Assembly (NCBI GenBank): GCA_963723395.1
Contig: CAVRQL010000021.1
Coordinates: 308,206-372,205 of the forward strand
Direction of reading: 5' to 3'
Source: an uncultured Solirubrobacteraceae bacterium
GTDB lineage: Bacteria; Actinomycetota; Thermoleophilia; Solirubrobacterales; Solirubrobacteraceae
Length of the DNA: 64,000 bases
Made by a program: the position numbers and the translations under genes. How positions within the stretch are numbered: position 1 is the stretch's first letter; the number at the start of each line of letters is the position of its first letter. Below, one piece after another: positions 42,051 to 51,580 of this stretch. The notes beneath the pieces are model-generated. The model saw nothing but the letters and a program-made list of their open reading frames with translations, made no database searches and had not been told where the DNA came from.

Positions 42051-42922
42051 GTGGCGGCGCGCGGCAGCCCGGCCGAGCGCGCCGCGCTCGCGCGCGCCAA
42101 GGCACGTCTGGACCGCCTCGACTTCCACCCGGCGCCCGTGCGCACCGGGCGCACGCGCATCTTCCACGCGCCGTGGCTGTTCCGGCTGCCCTGGTTCCGG
42201 CGCTTCGACGGCTACGAGTCGTGCGAGCAGATCTTCATCCGCCGCCCGCTCGCCGAGGTCTCCGACGACCTGATCGTCCACGAGCTCTGCCACGTGTGGC
42301 AGGAGCAGCACGGGCGGCTGCGGATGTGGCTGTCCTACCTGCTCGGCTACCGCGAGAACCCGAACGAGGTCGAGGCCCGGCGGGCCGTCGCGGAGACCCG
42401 TCGTGCCACCATGATCCACGTGTCTCCTGCACAGGATCCCGGCGCCCTGAAGGCGCTCGCGCTCCATGCCGAGGCGCTCGCCACGGTGCGCGCGTTCGCC
42501 GAGCGCGCCGACGCGCTGCGCGTCGTGCTGCTCGTCGACAACGGCGACGAGGACCAGCCCGCGATGCTGGACCGCTCGGCCGACGGGACCGTCGAGCTGA
42601 CCCACGAGGGGACGGCGTGGACCGTGCCCGCCGGCGACGCCCGTCCCGGCGCCCCCGCGCGCCCTGCCCGACATCCGCCCCGCGCCGTCCTCGTCCCTGC
42701 GCGCCGACCCGGTGACCGGCGAGCTGGCCGCCCCGATCGGGGCGATCGCGAACCTCGCCGAGGCCGTGCTCGGGACTGGCGCGCGCGTTCGGCGGGCGCA
42801 GCGTCGCCTCCGCCGAGTTCGCGACGCACGACCCCGAGCTGCCGATGACGATCGTCGCCCGCCAGGGCGAGCCGCTCCTGCTCGCGGTCGGCGACGGCCG
42901 CTTCGAGCTGCCGATCGAGTGA
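42051..42922 (+). CDS. DUF45/WLM (YgjP-like) HExxH zinc metallohydrolase-like protein; 2 or more frameshifts in the C-terminal half
   Basis: GTG directly abuts the ATPase stop. IVHELCHVWQEQHGRLRMWLSYL matches the DUF45 signature VHELaHLxexNHSxxFW. C-terminal segments lie in other frames. Confidence 0.5.
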
Positions 42923-43245
42923 CGACCGGCGAGCGCTGCACCTGGTGCGGGGCTCCCGTCGAGGCCGGCGACGGCTTCCGCGCCTACGAGGCGGCCGGCG
43001 GCAGGCGGGCGGTGTTCTGCCGGCTCGAGCACGTCGTGCCGTGGGCGATCCGCGGCGCGCGCTGGGACGCGGGGGAGAGCGAGGCCGCCGACGGACTGGA
43101 GGAGTGCGCGTTCTGCGCCGCGCCGCTCGGCGAGCTCCACGTGGCGCTCGTGCGATCGCGCGGTGACGCGCGGATCCCGGACGGCTTCTGCGGCGTCGAC
43201 CACCTGCTCGAGTGGGCGAAGGCCGGCGGCCGCTACCGGCTTTGA
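42919..43245 (+). CDS. Small Cys-rich zinc-ribbon-like protein
   Basis: CTWCG...FCRLEHVVPW...CAFC...FCGVDH gives four CxxC-like pairs. GTGA overlap with the upstream gene. Confidence 0.5.
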   Translation: MTTGERCTWCGAPVEAGDGFRAYEAAGGRRAVFCRLEHVVPWAIRGARWDAGESEAADGLEECAFCAAPLGELHVALVRSRGDARIPDGFCGVDHLLEWAKAGGRYRL

Positions 43246-43291
43246 CACGCGTGGATGATCGAGGGCGAAGCGGGGTACCAGCGCGGGCACC

Positions 43292-43672
43292 ATGATCCAT
43301 CACCGCCACTACACCGTGGATGAGGCCAACCATCAGCTCGAGGTCGTCGGACGGATCGTGGAGCGGATCCGCGAAGCCCGCGGCCGGCTCACCGACGAGG
43401 GCGTCGACTCGGAGTTCGCCACCCTCGCCGAGCTGTCGGGCGGCGCCTACCCCGGTGCGGCGCACGCAGCCGCGGCGCTCGAGGTGGCCCTCGGGTTCGA
43501 CCAGCTGGAGGAGCTCGACGTGGTGGTGCGCGACCTGGAGCGCGGCCTGATCGACTTCCCGTCGCTGCTGGGCGGCGAGGAGGTCTACCTGTGCTGGCTG
43601 CTCGGCGAGCCTTCGGTCGGCCACTGGCACGCCGTCGAGGGCGGCTTCGCCGGCCGCCGCCCCCTCGACTAG
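43292..43672 (+). CDS. DUF2203-like conserved hypothetical protein
   Basis: MIHHRHYTVDEANHQLEVV...EVYLCWLLGEPSVGHWHAVEGGFAGRRPLD; small conserved actinobacterial protein. Confidence 0.45.
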   Translation: MIHHRHYTVDEANHQLEVVGRIVERIREARGRLTDEGVDSEFATLAELSGGAYPGAAHAAAALEVALGFDQLEELDVVVRDLERGLIDFPSLLGGEEVYLCWLLGEPSVGHWHAVEGGFAGRRPLD

Positions 43673-43680
43673 ACGCGATC

Positions 43681-44916
43681 ATGGGCGGCATGCTGCCGCC
43701 CGGGCCGCGCGAGCCGGCCTCACTGCAGACCGTCGAGTGGATCGCACGCCCGACGGCGTTCCTGAGGCGCTGCCGCGCCCGCCACGGCGAGCCGTTCACG
43801 GTGCGCGTCGCGTGGGCGGACGCGCCGATGGTGCTCGTCTCGGATCCCGAGGAGATCCGGCGCGTCTTCACCGCCGACCCGGACGTCCTGCGCGGCGGGT
43901 CGAGCTCCACGATCCTCGAGCCGTTCGCGGGCCCGACCTCGATCCTCGTGACCCACGGGCCCGAGCACATGCGCCAGCGCCGGCTGCTGCTCCCGCCGTT
44001 CCACGGCGAGGCGCTCGAGCGCTGGCGGGGGACGATCGCCGAGCTGGCCGACCGCGAGCTCGACGGGTGGGAGCCCGGGCGCCCGCTGCGCACCCACGCG
44101 CGCATGCAGTCGCTCACGCTCGACGTGATCCTGCGCGTGGTGTTCGGCGAGCGGGAGCGCCCCGCGCTGCGGGCCGCGATCCGGCGCGCGCTCGACATGA
44201 CGGCCTCGCTGCCGCGGCTGGTCGCGATGTCGCTGGCGCCGCCGACGCGCGCCCCGTTCCTGCGCGCGGTGCGCGAGATCGACGCCCTGCTGCACGCCGA
44301 GATCGCCAGGCCCGCGGAGGCTGGGTCGCTGCTCGCGCTGCTGCAGGAGTCCGGTGCCGACGAGCTGCGCGACCAGGTGGTGACGATCCTCGCCGCAGGC
44401 CACGAGACGACGGCCGGCTCGCTGGCGTGGGCGCTCGAGCGGCTCGCGCACCACCCCGAGGTGCTCGGCAGGATCCGCGACGGCGACGACGCGTACCTCG
44501 ACGCCACGGTCCGGGAGGTGCTGCGCGTGCGGCCCGTGCTCTCGATCGCCGCGCGCAAGGTGACGCGGCCGTACGAGGTCGGCGGCTACACGCTCCCGCC
44601 CGGCGTGCACATCGCACCGTGCATCTACCTGGCCCATCGCCGCCCCGAGGCGTGGCCGGATCCGACGGCCTTCCGGCCGGAGCGCTTCCTCGGCGCCCAG
44701 CCCGCCCCGTACACCTACCTCCCGTTCGGCGGCGGGGTGCGCCGCTGCGCCGGGGCGCCGTTCGCGATGCTCGAGCTGCGCGAGGTCCTGCGGGTCGTCG
44801 CGCGGCGCCTGGAGCTTCGCCCGACGGGCCGTCGCGGGGAGCGCATGCGCCGGGGATCGGTGACGCTGACGCCCGCGGGCGGGGCGGCGCTCATCCCAAG
44901 CCGCTACAACCCTTGA
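43681..44916 (+). CDS. Cytochrome P450
   Basis: AGHETT (I-helix), the EVLR motif and heme loop FGGGVRRCAGAPFA. Intact. Confidence 0.9.
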   Translation: MGGMLPPGPREPASLQTVEWIARPTAFLRRCRARHGEPFTVRVAWADAPMVLVSDPEEIRRVFTADPDVLRGGSSSTILEPFAGPTSILVTHGPEHMRQRRLLLPPFHGEALERWRGTIAELADRELDGWEPGRPLRTHARMQSLTLDVILRVVFGERERPALRAAIRRALDMTASLPRLVAMSLAPPTRAPFLRAVREIDALLHAEIARPAEAGSLLALLQESGADELRDQVVTILAAGHETTAGSLAWALERLAHHPEVLGRIRDGDDAYLDATVREVLRVRPVLSIAARKVTRPYEVGGYTLPPGVHIAPCIYLAHRRPEAWPDPTAFRPERFLGAQPAPYTYLPFGGGVRRCAGAPFAMLELREVLRVVARRLELRPTGRRGERMRRGSVTLTPAGGAALIPSRYNP

Positions 44917-44917
44917 T

Positions 44918-45808
44918 GTGTCGCTCTTCTGCCGCCACAACCGGCTGACCGCCAACTGCCCGATCTGCAGCAAGGAGCTGCAGGCCGAGCTGAAGTCCAA
45001 GGCGCCCCCGGCGCCCGCCCGCCCGCGCTCGAGCGGCACGGCCAAGCGGGCCCGCAGCAGCACCCGCTCCGGCGTCGTGACCCGCCGCGTGGCGCGCGCG
45101 GCCGACGACGGCTACCGCTCCCCGCTCGCCCCCGGGCTGCGGGCGACGGCCGACGCGGAGCGGCTCGCCGCGGCGCTCGCGGACGCCGCCGCGCGGCTCG
45201 ATCCCCCGGGCCCGTACCCGGAGATCGCCGACGTGGGAGACATCGAGGACGCCACCTGGCTGGCGTTCCTGCTCGCGCTCGCGAGCCCCGACGCGCCCGA
45301 CCTCCAGCGCGCGCTGCTCGAGGCGCGCCCGGCGTGGGCCGACGGCGTGCCCGAGGACCTCCCGGAGCCGCGCCGGCGTACTGCCGAGGCCTACCGCGCG
45401 TGGGCGGGGCGGGCCGGCTCGCAGGCTGCCGCCTTCCGCGGGGAGCCCGGCTGGAGCCCGGAGCGCCGCTTCGCCCGCGTGTTCGAGCGGCTCGCGCTGC
45501 CCGGTCTCAACCGCGCCCGCCGCTTCGACCTGCTGAGCGCGCTCTCCGCCGCGGGCCTGTACGAGATGGAGGCGGGCGAATTGCAGCTCGGCCCCGACGA
45601 CGACCCGGCCACGCTCGCCGCCAAGCGGCTGCTCGTGTCCGGCGACCGCGGCTTGCTGGAGCGCCGCGCGCGCGACCTCGCCGACGCCTGCGGGGTGCCG
45701 ATCGCCGCGCTGGACCGCGGCCTCGCGGTGTGGAACACGCCCGGCGCCCACGTCGATCTCGTGGGCGACCCGCCCGCCGCGATCCGCGGCGCGCTCGGGC
45801 TGATTTGA
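44918..45808 (+). CDS. Hypothetical protein with N-terminal CxxC...CxxC zinc-ribbon
   Basis: GTG overlapping the P450 stop. CRHNRLTANCPIC, then an Ala/Arg-rich helical domain. Confidence 0.4.
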   Translation: MSLFCRHNRLTANCPICSKELQAELKSKAPPAPARPRSSGTAKRARSSTRSGVVTRRVARAADDGYRSPLAPGLRATADAERLAAALADAAARLDPPGPYPEIADVGDIEDATWLAFLLALASPDAPDLQRALLEARPAWADGVPEDLPEPRRRTAEAYRAWAGRAGSQAAAFRGEPGWSPERRFARVFERLALPGLNRARRFDLLSALSAAGLYEMEAGELQLGPDDDPATLAAKRLLVSGDRGLLERRARDLADACGVPIAALDRGLAVWNTPGAHVDLVGDPPAAIRGALGLI

Positions 45809-46266
45809 CACTCGAGATCGCGCCGCTCGACCTCGGCGACGACGCCACGCTCGAGCGGGTCGTCGAGCTGCAGCGGGCCAGCTACGCGGTCGAGGCGGAG
45901 CTGATCGGCGCCGAGTCGCTGCCGCCGATGCGCGAGCCTCCGGCGCAGCTGCGCGCCGCGGGCGAGACGTTCCTCGGCGCCCGCCGCGACGGCGACCTCG
46001 TCGGCGCGGTGTCCTACAAGCGCGACGGCGCGTCGGTCGACATCCACCGCCTGGTCGTCGACCCGGAGGCGTTCCGCGGCGGCGTCGCCACCGCGCTGCT
46101 GGACGCCCTCGACGCCCGCGAGCGGGACGCGACGCACTGGATGGTCGGGACGGGAGCCGGCAACGCCCCGGCCCGGCGCCTGTACGAGCGGCGCGGGTTC
46201 ACGCCCGTCGCCGAGCAGGAGCTCCCCGGCGGCATCCGGTACGTCCGCCTGGAGCGAACCGGCTAG
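45805..46266 (+). CDS. GNAT family N-acetyltransferase
   Basis: Acetyl-CoA binding motif RGGVATALLDAL...RRLYERRGF. Confidence 0.75.
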   Translation: MTLEIAPLDLGDDATLERVVELQRASYAVEAELIGAESLPPMREPPAQLRAAGETFLGARRDGDLVGAVSYKRDGASVDIHRLVVDPEAFRGGVATALLDALDARERDATHWMVGTGAGNAPARRLYERRGFTPVAEQELPGGIRYVRLERTG

Positions 46267-46280
46267 ATTCGCCCGTCGTC

Positions 46281-47726
46281 GTGACCGCCCTCTCGACGTC
46301 CTCGTCGCTGCTGGCGCGCCTGCGCGCGGCCGCCGTGCCCGACCAGCCGCCGCTGGTCCCGGCGCGCCCCTGGCGGCTGCTCGTGCTCGTCTGCCTCGCG
46401 GTGGCCGCGCTCTCGCTGCTCGGGCCGACGGTCCCGACCTACGACCCGTGGGCGTGGATCATCTGGGGCCGCGAGATCATGCACCTCGATCTCGTGACGA
46501 CCGACGGGCCGTCGTGGAAGCCGCTGCCCGTCCTGTTCACCGCGCCGTTCTCGCTGTTCGGCGACGAGGCGGCGCCGGAGCTGTGGATCCTCGTCTCGCG
46601 CACGGGCGGCCTGCTCGCCTTCGCGATGACCTACCGGCTGGCGGCGCGGCTCGCCGGGCCGGCGGCGGGCGCGATCGCCACGCTCGCCCTGCTGCTCTCG
46701 GACGAGTTCGTCCGCAACTTCTGGCGCGGCAACTCCGAGGGCCTGCTCGTGGCGGTGTGCCTGTGGGCGCTCGAGCGGCACCTCGACGGCCGCCGGCGGG
46801 ACGCGTTCCTGCTCGGCTTCGCCGCCGGGCTGCTGCGGCCCGAGGTGTGGCCGTTCCTGGCGCTGTACGGGCTGTGGCTGATCCTCGGCGCGTGGCGGGA
46901 CCGGATCCCGTGGCGCGAGGTCGCGCTGGTCGGCGGCGCCGGCGTGCTGACGCTCGTCCTGTGGTTCGTCCCGGAGTACTACGGCTCCGGCTCCGCGCTG
47001 CGGGCCGCCGAGCGCGCGCTGCAGCCGAACCCGGACTCGGCGGCGTTCGCCGCCTCGCCGTTCCTCGAGGTGTTCCGCCGCTCGTACTTCATCCTCACGA
47101 TCCCCGTCTACCTCGGCGGGCTGATGGGGGTCGCGTTCGCGTGGACCCGGCGGCGGGAGTGGCGCGGCCGGGTGATGCTGAGCCTGGCCGCGATCTCGAC
47201 GGTGCTGATGATCGCGGTGGCGGCGATGACCGAGGGCGGCTTCGCCGGGAACCTGCGCTACGTCGCCTTGCCCGCCGCGATGGTCTGCATCCTCGCCGGC
47301 GCCGGCTGGGTGGAGGCGGTGCGGGCGGTGCGCCGACGGTGGGGCCACAGAGCGGGCGTCGGGCTGGCGGTGGCCGGGGCGCTGCTGCTCGTCCCGTTCG
47401 CCGTGTCGGACCTGCGCAAGCTCGACCTCGACCGGCACCTGCTGGTCAGGGAGGCCGACCTGTACGGCCCGAACCTCAGGGCGGTGATCGCCAAGGCCGG
47501 CGGCGAGCGCGCCGTGAAGGCGTGCGGGCAGGTGTACACGGCGGCGTTCCAGACCCAGGCCGTCGCCTGGTACCTGCACCTGCACGAGACGGACGTGAGG
47601 ATCTTCCCGGTGCCGCCGGGCACGATCGTCGCGCCCCACTACACGGCCCACGCGCGCGATCCGCGCTTCCCCGTCGTGACCACCACGACGCGCTGGATGG
47701 TCGGCAGCTCCTGCCGCTCACGCTGA
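46281..47726 (+). CDS. Integral membrane GT-C-type glycosyltransferase-like protein (DUF2029/GT87-like)
   Basis: About 10 TM helices and an N-terminal DPWAWIIWGREI-type loop typical of polyprenyl-phosphate-sugar-dependent transferases. Confidence 0.55.
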   Translation: MTALSTSSSLLARLRAAAVPDQPPLVPARPWRLLVLVCLAVAALSLLGPTVPTYDPWAWIIWGREIMHLDLVTTDGPSWKPLPVLFTAPFSLFGDEAAPELWILVSRTGGLLAFAMTYRLAARLAGPAAGAIATLALLLSDEFVRNFWRGNSEGLLVAVCLWALERHLDGRRRDAFLLGFAAGLLRPEVWPFLALYGLWLILGAWRDRIPWREVALVGGAGVLTLVLWFVPEYYGSGSALRAAERALQPNPDSAAFAASPFLEVFRRSYFILTIPVYLGGLMGVAFAWTRRREWRGRVMLSLAAISTVLMIAVAAMTEGGFAGNLRYVALPAAMVCILAGAGWVEAVRAVRRRWGHRAGVGLAVAGALLLVPFAVSDLRKLDLDRHLLVREADLYGPNLRAVIAKAGGERAVKACGQVYTAAFQTQAVAWYLHLHETDVRIFPVPPGTIVAPHYTAHARDPRFPVVTTTTRWMVGSSCRSR

Positions 47727-47749
47727 GGGCGGCGTCTACTCTCAGCACG

Positions 47750-49333
47750 ATGGCGACGATCGCCCCCCGGCGCGCTGCGTGGACGCTTCCCGCCGCCAGC
47801 GCGCACGTGCTCGACCCCGCTCGCCCTCGGCGGGCTCGTCGCCCTGTCGCTGTACCTGCGCACGCGGGACCTCAACGCGGGGTTCTGGATCGACGAGGGC
47901 CTGTCGGTGGGGATCGCGGACCGGCCGCTGGCCGACATCCCGGCCGCGCTGCGCCTCGACGGATCGCCGCCGCTGTACTACTCGCTCCTGCACGTCTGGA
48001 TGTCGCTGTTCGGGCGCACGGAGGAGGCGACCCACGCGCTCTCGGTGCTGTTCGTGCTGCTCGCGATCCCGGCCGCCTTCTGGGCGGCGCGGGGCGTGTT
48101 CGGGAACGCCGCCGGCTGGGCCGCCGCGGTGCTCGCCGCGCTGAACCCGTTCATGACGCAGTACGCGCAGGAGACGCGGATGTACGCGCTCGTGATGCTC
48201 CTGGGCATGCTCGCCTGCGGGGCGTACGCGCGCGCCTTCCTGCTCGGCGACGAGCTCCCGCCCAAGACGCGCCGGCGCTGGGCGATGGTGTTCGCGCCGC
48301 TGCTCGCGGCGATGCTCTACACGCACAACTGGGCGCTGTTCTTCGGCGTCGGCTGCGGCGTCGCGTGGCTCGGGATGCTGGCCGCCGCGCGCGACGGCAC
48401 GCGGCGGGAGCTGTTCCTCGACGGGCTGATCGGGTTCGGCGGCGCGCTGGTGCTGTTCGCGCCGTGGCTGCCGACGCTCGTCTTCCAGGCGCAGCACACG
48501 GGCGCCCCGTGGTCCAGCCCGCCGGGCGTCGACGACCTGCTCGGCGTGCCGCTGCGGCTGCTCGGCTCGGTCGGGCAGATCGCGCTGCTGCTGGCCGCCG
48601 GCGTCGGCATGGTCGCGCTGCTGGACCGGGCTCGCAGGGCCGGATCAGCCGGCGCGGGCGGGCGATGATCGCGCTGGCCGCCGTGTTCGTCCTCACCGTG
48701 CTGGCCGCGTGGTTCGCCTCGAACGTCTCGCCCGCCTGGGCTTCGCGCTACCTCTCGGTGGCGGTCGCGCCGCTGCTGCTGGTGGCCGCCGCCGGGCTCG
48801 CCCACGCCGGGCGCCTGGGCGTGGTCGGCGCCGTCGTGGTCGCGCTGATCTGGGCCGGCGACGGCGCGCCCTCGATCAAGAGCAACGTGCGCCAGGTCTC
48901 CGAGTCGATCGCGCCCAGCCTGCACAAGGGCGACCTCGTCGTCTCCACGCAGCCCGAGCAGATCCCGGTGCTGCACTACTACCTGCCGGACGGGCTGCGC
49001 TACGCGACGCTGTGGGGCCCGGTCGACGACCTCGGGGTCACCGACTGGCGCGACGGCGTCGCCCACCTGCGGGGCACCAACGCGGAGGAGAACCTCAAGC
49101 CGCTGATCGACGCGATGCCCCGCGGCAGCCGGATCGTCCTCGTGGAGCCGGTGATCGACTCGATCGGGGCCTGGCTGGCGCCGTGGACGGAGCTCGTGCG
49201 CGTGCGCTCGACCGAGTGGCGCCAATGGGTCTCCAACGACCCGCGGCTGACCGCCACGGCCGTGCGCCCGGAGGACCCGCTCGCGCTGTGGGGCAACCAC
49301 ATGGTCAGCGCGACCGTGCTGGTCAAGGACTGA
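47750..49333 (+). CDS. Glycosyltransferase family 39 (PMT/ArnT-like) membrane protein; 2 or more frameshifts
   Basis: ...NAGFWIDEGLSVGIADRPLADIPAAL...PLYYSLLHVW... is the GT39 N-terminal signature. The body is split across frames (47907..48668, then 46448..49333 frame). Confidence 0.6.
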   Translation: MATIAPRRAAWTLPAASAHVLDPARPRRARRPVAVPAHAGPQRGVLDRRGPVGGDRGPAAGRHPGRAAPRRIAAAVLLAPARLDVAVRAHGGGDPRALGAVRAARDPGRLLGGAGRVRERRRLGRRGARRAEPVHDAVRAGDADVRARDAPGHARLRGVRARLPARRRAPAQDAPALGDGVRAAARGDALHAQLGAVLRRRLRRRVARDAGRRARRHAAGAVPRRADRVRRRAGAVRAVAADARLPGAAHGRPVVQPAGRRRPARRAAAAARLGRADRAAAGRRRRHGRAAGPGSQGRISRRGRAMIALAAVFVLTVLAAWFASNVSPAWASRYLSVAVAPLLLVAAAGLAHAGRLGVVGAVVVALIWAGDGAPSIKSNVRQVSESIAPSLHKGDLVVSTQPEQIPVLHYYLPDGLRYATLWGPVDDLGVTDWRDGVAHLRGTNAEENLKPLIDAMPRGSRIVLVEPVIDSIGAWLAPWTELVRVRSTEWRQWVSNDPRLTATAVRPEDPLALWGNHMVSATVLVKD

Positions 49334-50783
49334 CGGCGGCTGGGCTCTGCTCCGGCGCAGGGACCGGCTCCCCGCCGGGATCGCCGGATGGCAGCTCGAG
49401 CCGGAACACGGTGCCGTGCCCCTCCGGGCCTCCGAGCGCCAGCGTGCCGTCCATCCGCTCGGCGAGCTCCCGCCCGATCGCCAGCCCGAGGCCGAAGCCG
49501 CCCTCGGCGCTCGCCGTGCGGCCGCGCTGGAAGCGTTCGAAGATCCGCTCGCGCTCGGCTGGGTGCACCCCGGGGCCGCGGTCGGAGACCTCGACGTAGG
49601 CGCGCTCGGCGGTGCAGCCCGTCTCCAGGCGGATCGGCTCGCCCTCCGGGCCGTAGCGCAGCGCGTTGTCGAGCAGGATCCGGACCACGCGGGCGATCGC
49701 GTCGGGGTCGCCGCGGCCCCAGCACGGGCCCTCCGGCGGCACGATGTCGAGCGGCATGTCGCGCTCGTGGGCGCGCAGGCCGAACTCCGCCGCCACCGCG
49801 CGCGCCAGCTCGCCGAGCTCCACCGCCTCCGAGCGCAGCGGCACCGACGCGTCGAGGCGCGAGAGGTCGAGCAGCTCGCCGGCGAGGCTCGAAAGGCGCC
49901 GCAGCTCGCGCCGGGCGATCGTCACCTGGTGCTGGGCGTCCTCGATGTCGACCCGGCCGTCGCGCAGGTCCTCCTCGAGCAGCTCCATCGTGCCCTGGAG
50001 CATCGTCAGCGGGGTGCGCAGCTCGTGCGACGCCGTCGCCACGAAGGAGCGGCGGGCGTCCTCCTGGCGGGCGAGCGCCTCCTGCATGCGCCCGAAGGCG
50101 CGGGCCAGGTCGCCGACCTCGTCGCGGCCCTCGTCCCGCTGCAGCGGCGTGTCCGTCACGCCCTCCTCGGTGATGCGCAGCACGGCGACGCGCAGACGGC
50201 CGAGCCGGCGCAGGAGCGTGCTGGACAGCGCGACGGCCAGCGCGATCGCGACGAGCAGGCCGACGGCGCCGGCGGCGAGGAGTGCGTTGCGCACCTGTTG
50301 GACGGCGGTGGCGACCTCGGTGAGGCGGCGTTCCGCGACGAGCACGCCGATCGGCTTCCCCTTCGCGCCGAACAGGCGCACGCCGATCCGGACGACGTCA
50401 CCCTCGATCTCCGTGGTGGTGATCTGGGTGCGGCTGGTGCGCAGCGCGGTCACCGCGACGCCGCGCGTCGAGGATCCCGGGTTGGTGTCGTACTCGAACT
50501 CGTAGGCGGGCCCGAGGTCGTCGACGACCACCCGGGCGTCCGTGCGCTGGCGCAGCTCCTCGGACGGGAGGGCGAATTGCCGGTTGCGCATCGCCTCCTC
50601 GAACTGGGGGCGCGAGGCGAGCACGGCGGCCCGCAGGTTGGCCGCGCTCTGGTTGCGCAGGTCCGGCGTGAGCTGGCGGCTGAGCAATACGGTGGTGGCG
50701 ACGCCGAGCGTGGCGAGGCTGGTCAGCAGCAGCGCGAGCAGCAGCTGGATACGGAGACCGCGCCGCAGTCGCCGGCGTTTCAT
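49323..50783 (-). CDS. Sensor histidine kinase (TM plus HAMP, HisKA, HATPase_c)
   Basis: H-box FVATASHELRTPLT and G boxes GGFGLGLAI. Intact. Confidence 0.9.
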   Translation of the reverse strand: MKRRRLRRGLRIQLLLALLLTSLATLGVATTVLLSRQLTPDLRNQSAANLRAAVLASRPQFEEAMRNRQFALPSEELRQRTDARVVVDDLGPAYEFEYDTNPGSSTRGVAVTALRTSRTQITTTEIEGDVVRIGVRLFGAKGKPIGVLVAERRLTEVATAVQQVRNALLAAGAVGLLVAIALAVALSSTLLRRLGRLRVAVLRITEEGVTDTPLQRDEGRDEVGDLARAFGRMQEALARQEDARRSFVATASHELRTPLTMLQGTMELLEEDLRDGRVDIEDAQHQVTIARRELRRLSSLAGELLDLSRLDASVPLRSEAVELGELARAVAAEFGLRAHERDMPLDIVPPEGPCWGRGDPDAIARVVRILLDNALRYGPEGEPIRLETGCTAERAYVEVSDRGPGVHPAERERIFERFQRGRTASAEGGFGLGLAIGRELAERMDGTLALGGPEGHGTVFRLELPSGDPGGEPVPAPEQSPAAVSP

Positions 50784-51481
50784 CGCTCCCGGGCGCGATA
50801 GCCGCGACCGGGCACGGTGAGGATCAGCGTCGGCTGCTCCGGGCGCTCCTCGAGCTTCTCGCGCAGGTGGCGGATGTGAACGTCGATGGCCCGCGGGTCG
50901 CGGTAGGCGGAGTCGCCCCAGATCGCGCGCAGCAGCTCCTGGCGGTTGAAGGCGTGCCCGGGCCGGGCCATCAGCTGGCCGAGCAGCTCGAACTCGCTGA
51001 AGGTGACCTTGATCGCCTCGCCGTCGACGGTCACGCGTCGCAGCTCGCGGTCCAGCGACACGTTCCCGATGGTGAGCGTGCCCTCGACGACGCGGCCGTG
51101 TGCGCGGCGCAGCACCGCGCGGATGCGGCTGCGCAGCTCGGCGAGCCCGAACGGCTTGGTGACGTAGTCGTCGGCGCCCGCCTCCAGGCCCTGGACGGCG
51201 TCGGCCTCGGAGTCCAGCGCGGTGAGCATGATGATCGGCACCACGTCGCGGCGGGAGCGCAGCAGCCGCGCCACGTCGTGGCCGGTCGGCCCCTCGCCCA
51301 GCGCCACGTCGAGCAGCACGACGTCGTAGGTCCGGTCGGCGGCGGCGCGCAGCGCGGCGTGGCCATCGGGGACGGCCGTGACCTGATGGCCCTCGCGCTC
51401 GAAGGATCGGGTCAGCATCTCGCGCAGGGGCTGATCGTCGTCGACGAGCAGGATCTCGAGCGCTGTCGGTGAGGCCGCCAC
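50780..51481 (-). CDS. OmpR-family response regulator
   Basis: Receiver LLVDDD...DVVLLDVALG and winged-helix output ...LTVPGRGYR. Coupled to the kinase. Confidence 0.9.
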   Translation of the reverse strand: MAASPTALEILLVDDDQPLREMLTRSFEREGHQVTAVPDGHAALRAAADRTYDVVLLDVALGEGPTGHDVARLLRSRRDVVPIIMLTALDSEADAVQGLEAGADDYVTKPFGLAELRSRIRAVLRRAHGRVVEGTLTIGNVSLDRELRRVTVDGEAIKVTFSEFELLGQLMARPGHAFNRQELLRAIWGDSAYRDPRAIDVHIRHLREKLEERPEQPTLILTVPGRGYRARER

Positions 51482-51580
51482 CCGCCGGAGGGTATCGCTC
51501 CAGATCCCGAATTAAGGGCTGTTAGCGGCCGTTAGCGGGTGGACTGTATCCGGGAGCCACAGGGGCAGGATGACTCGCAT

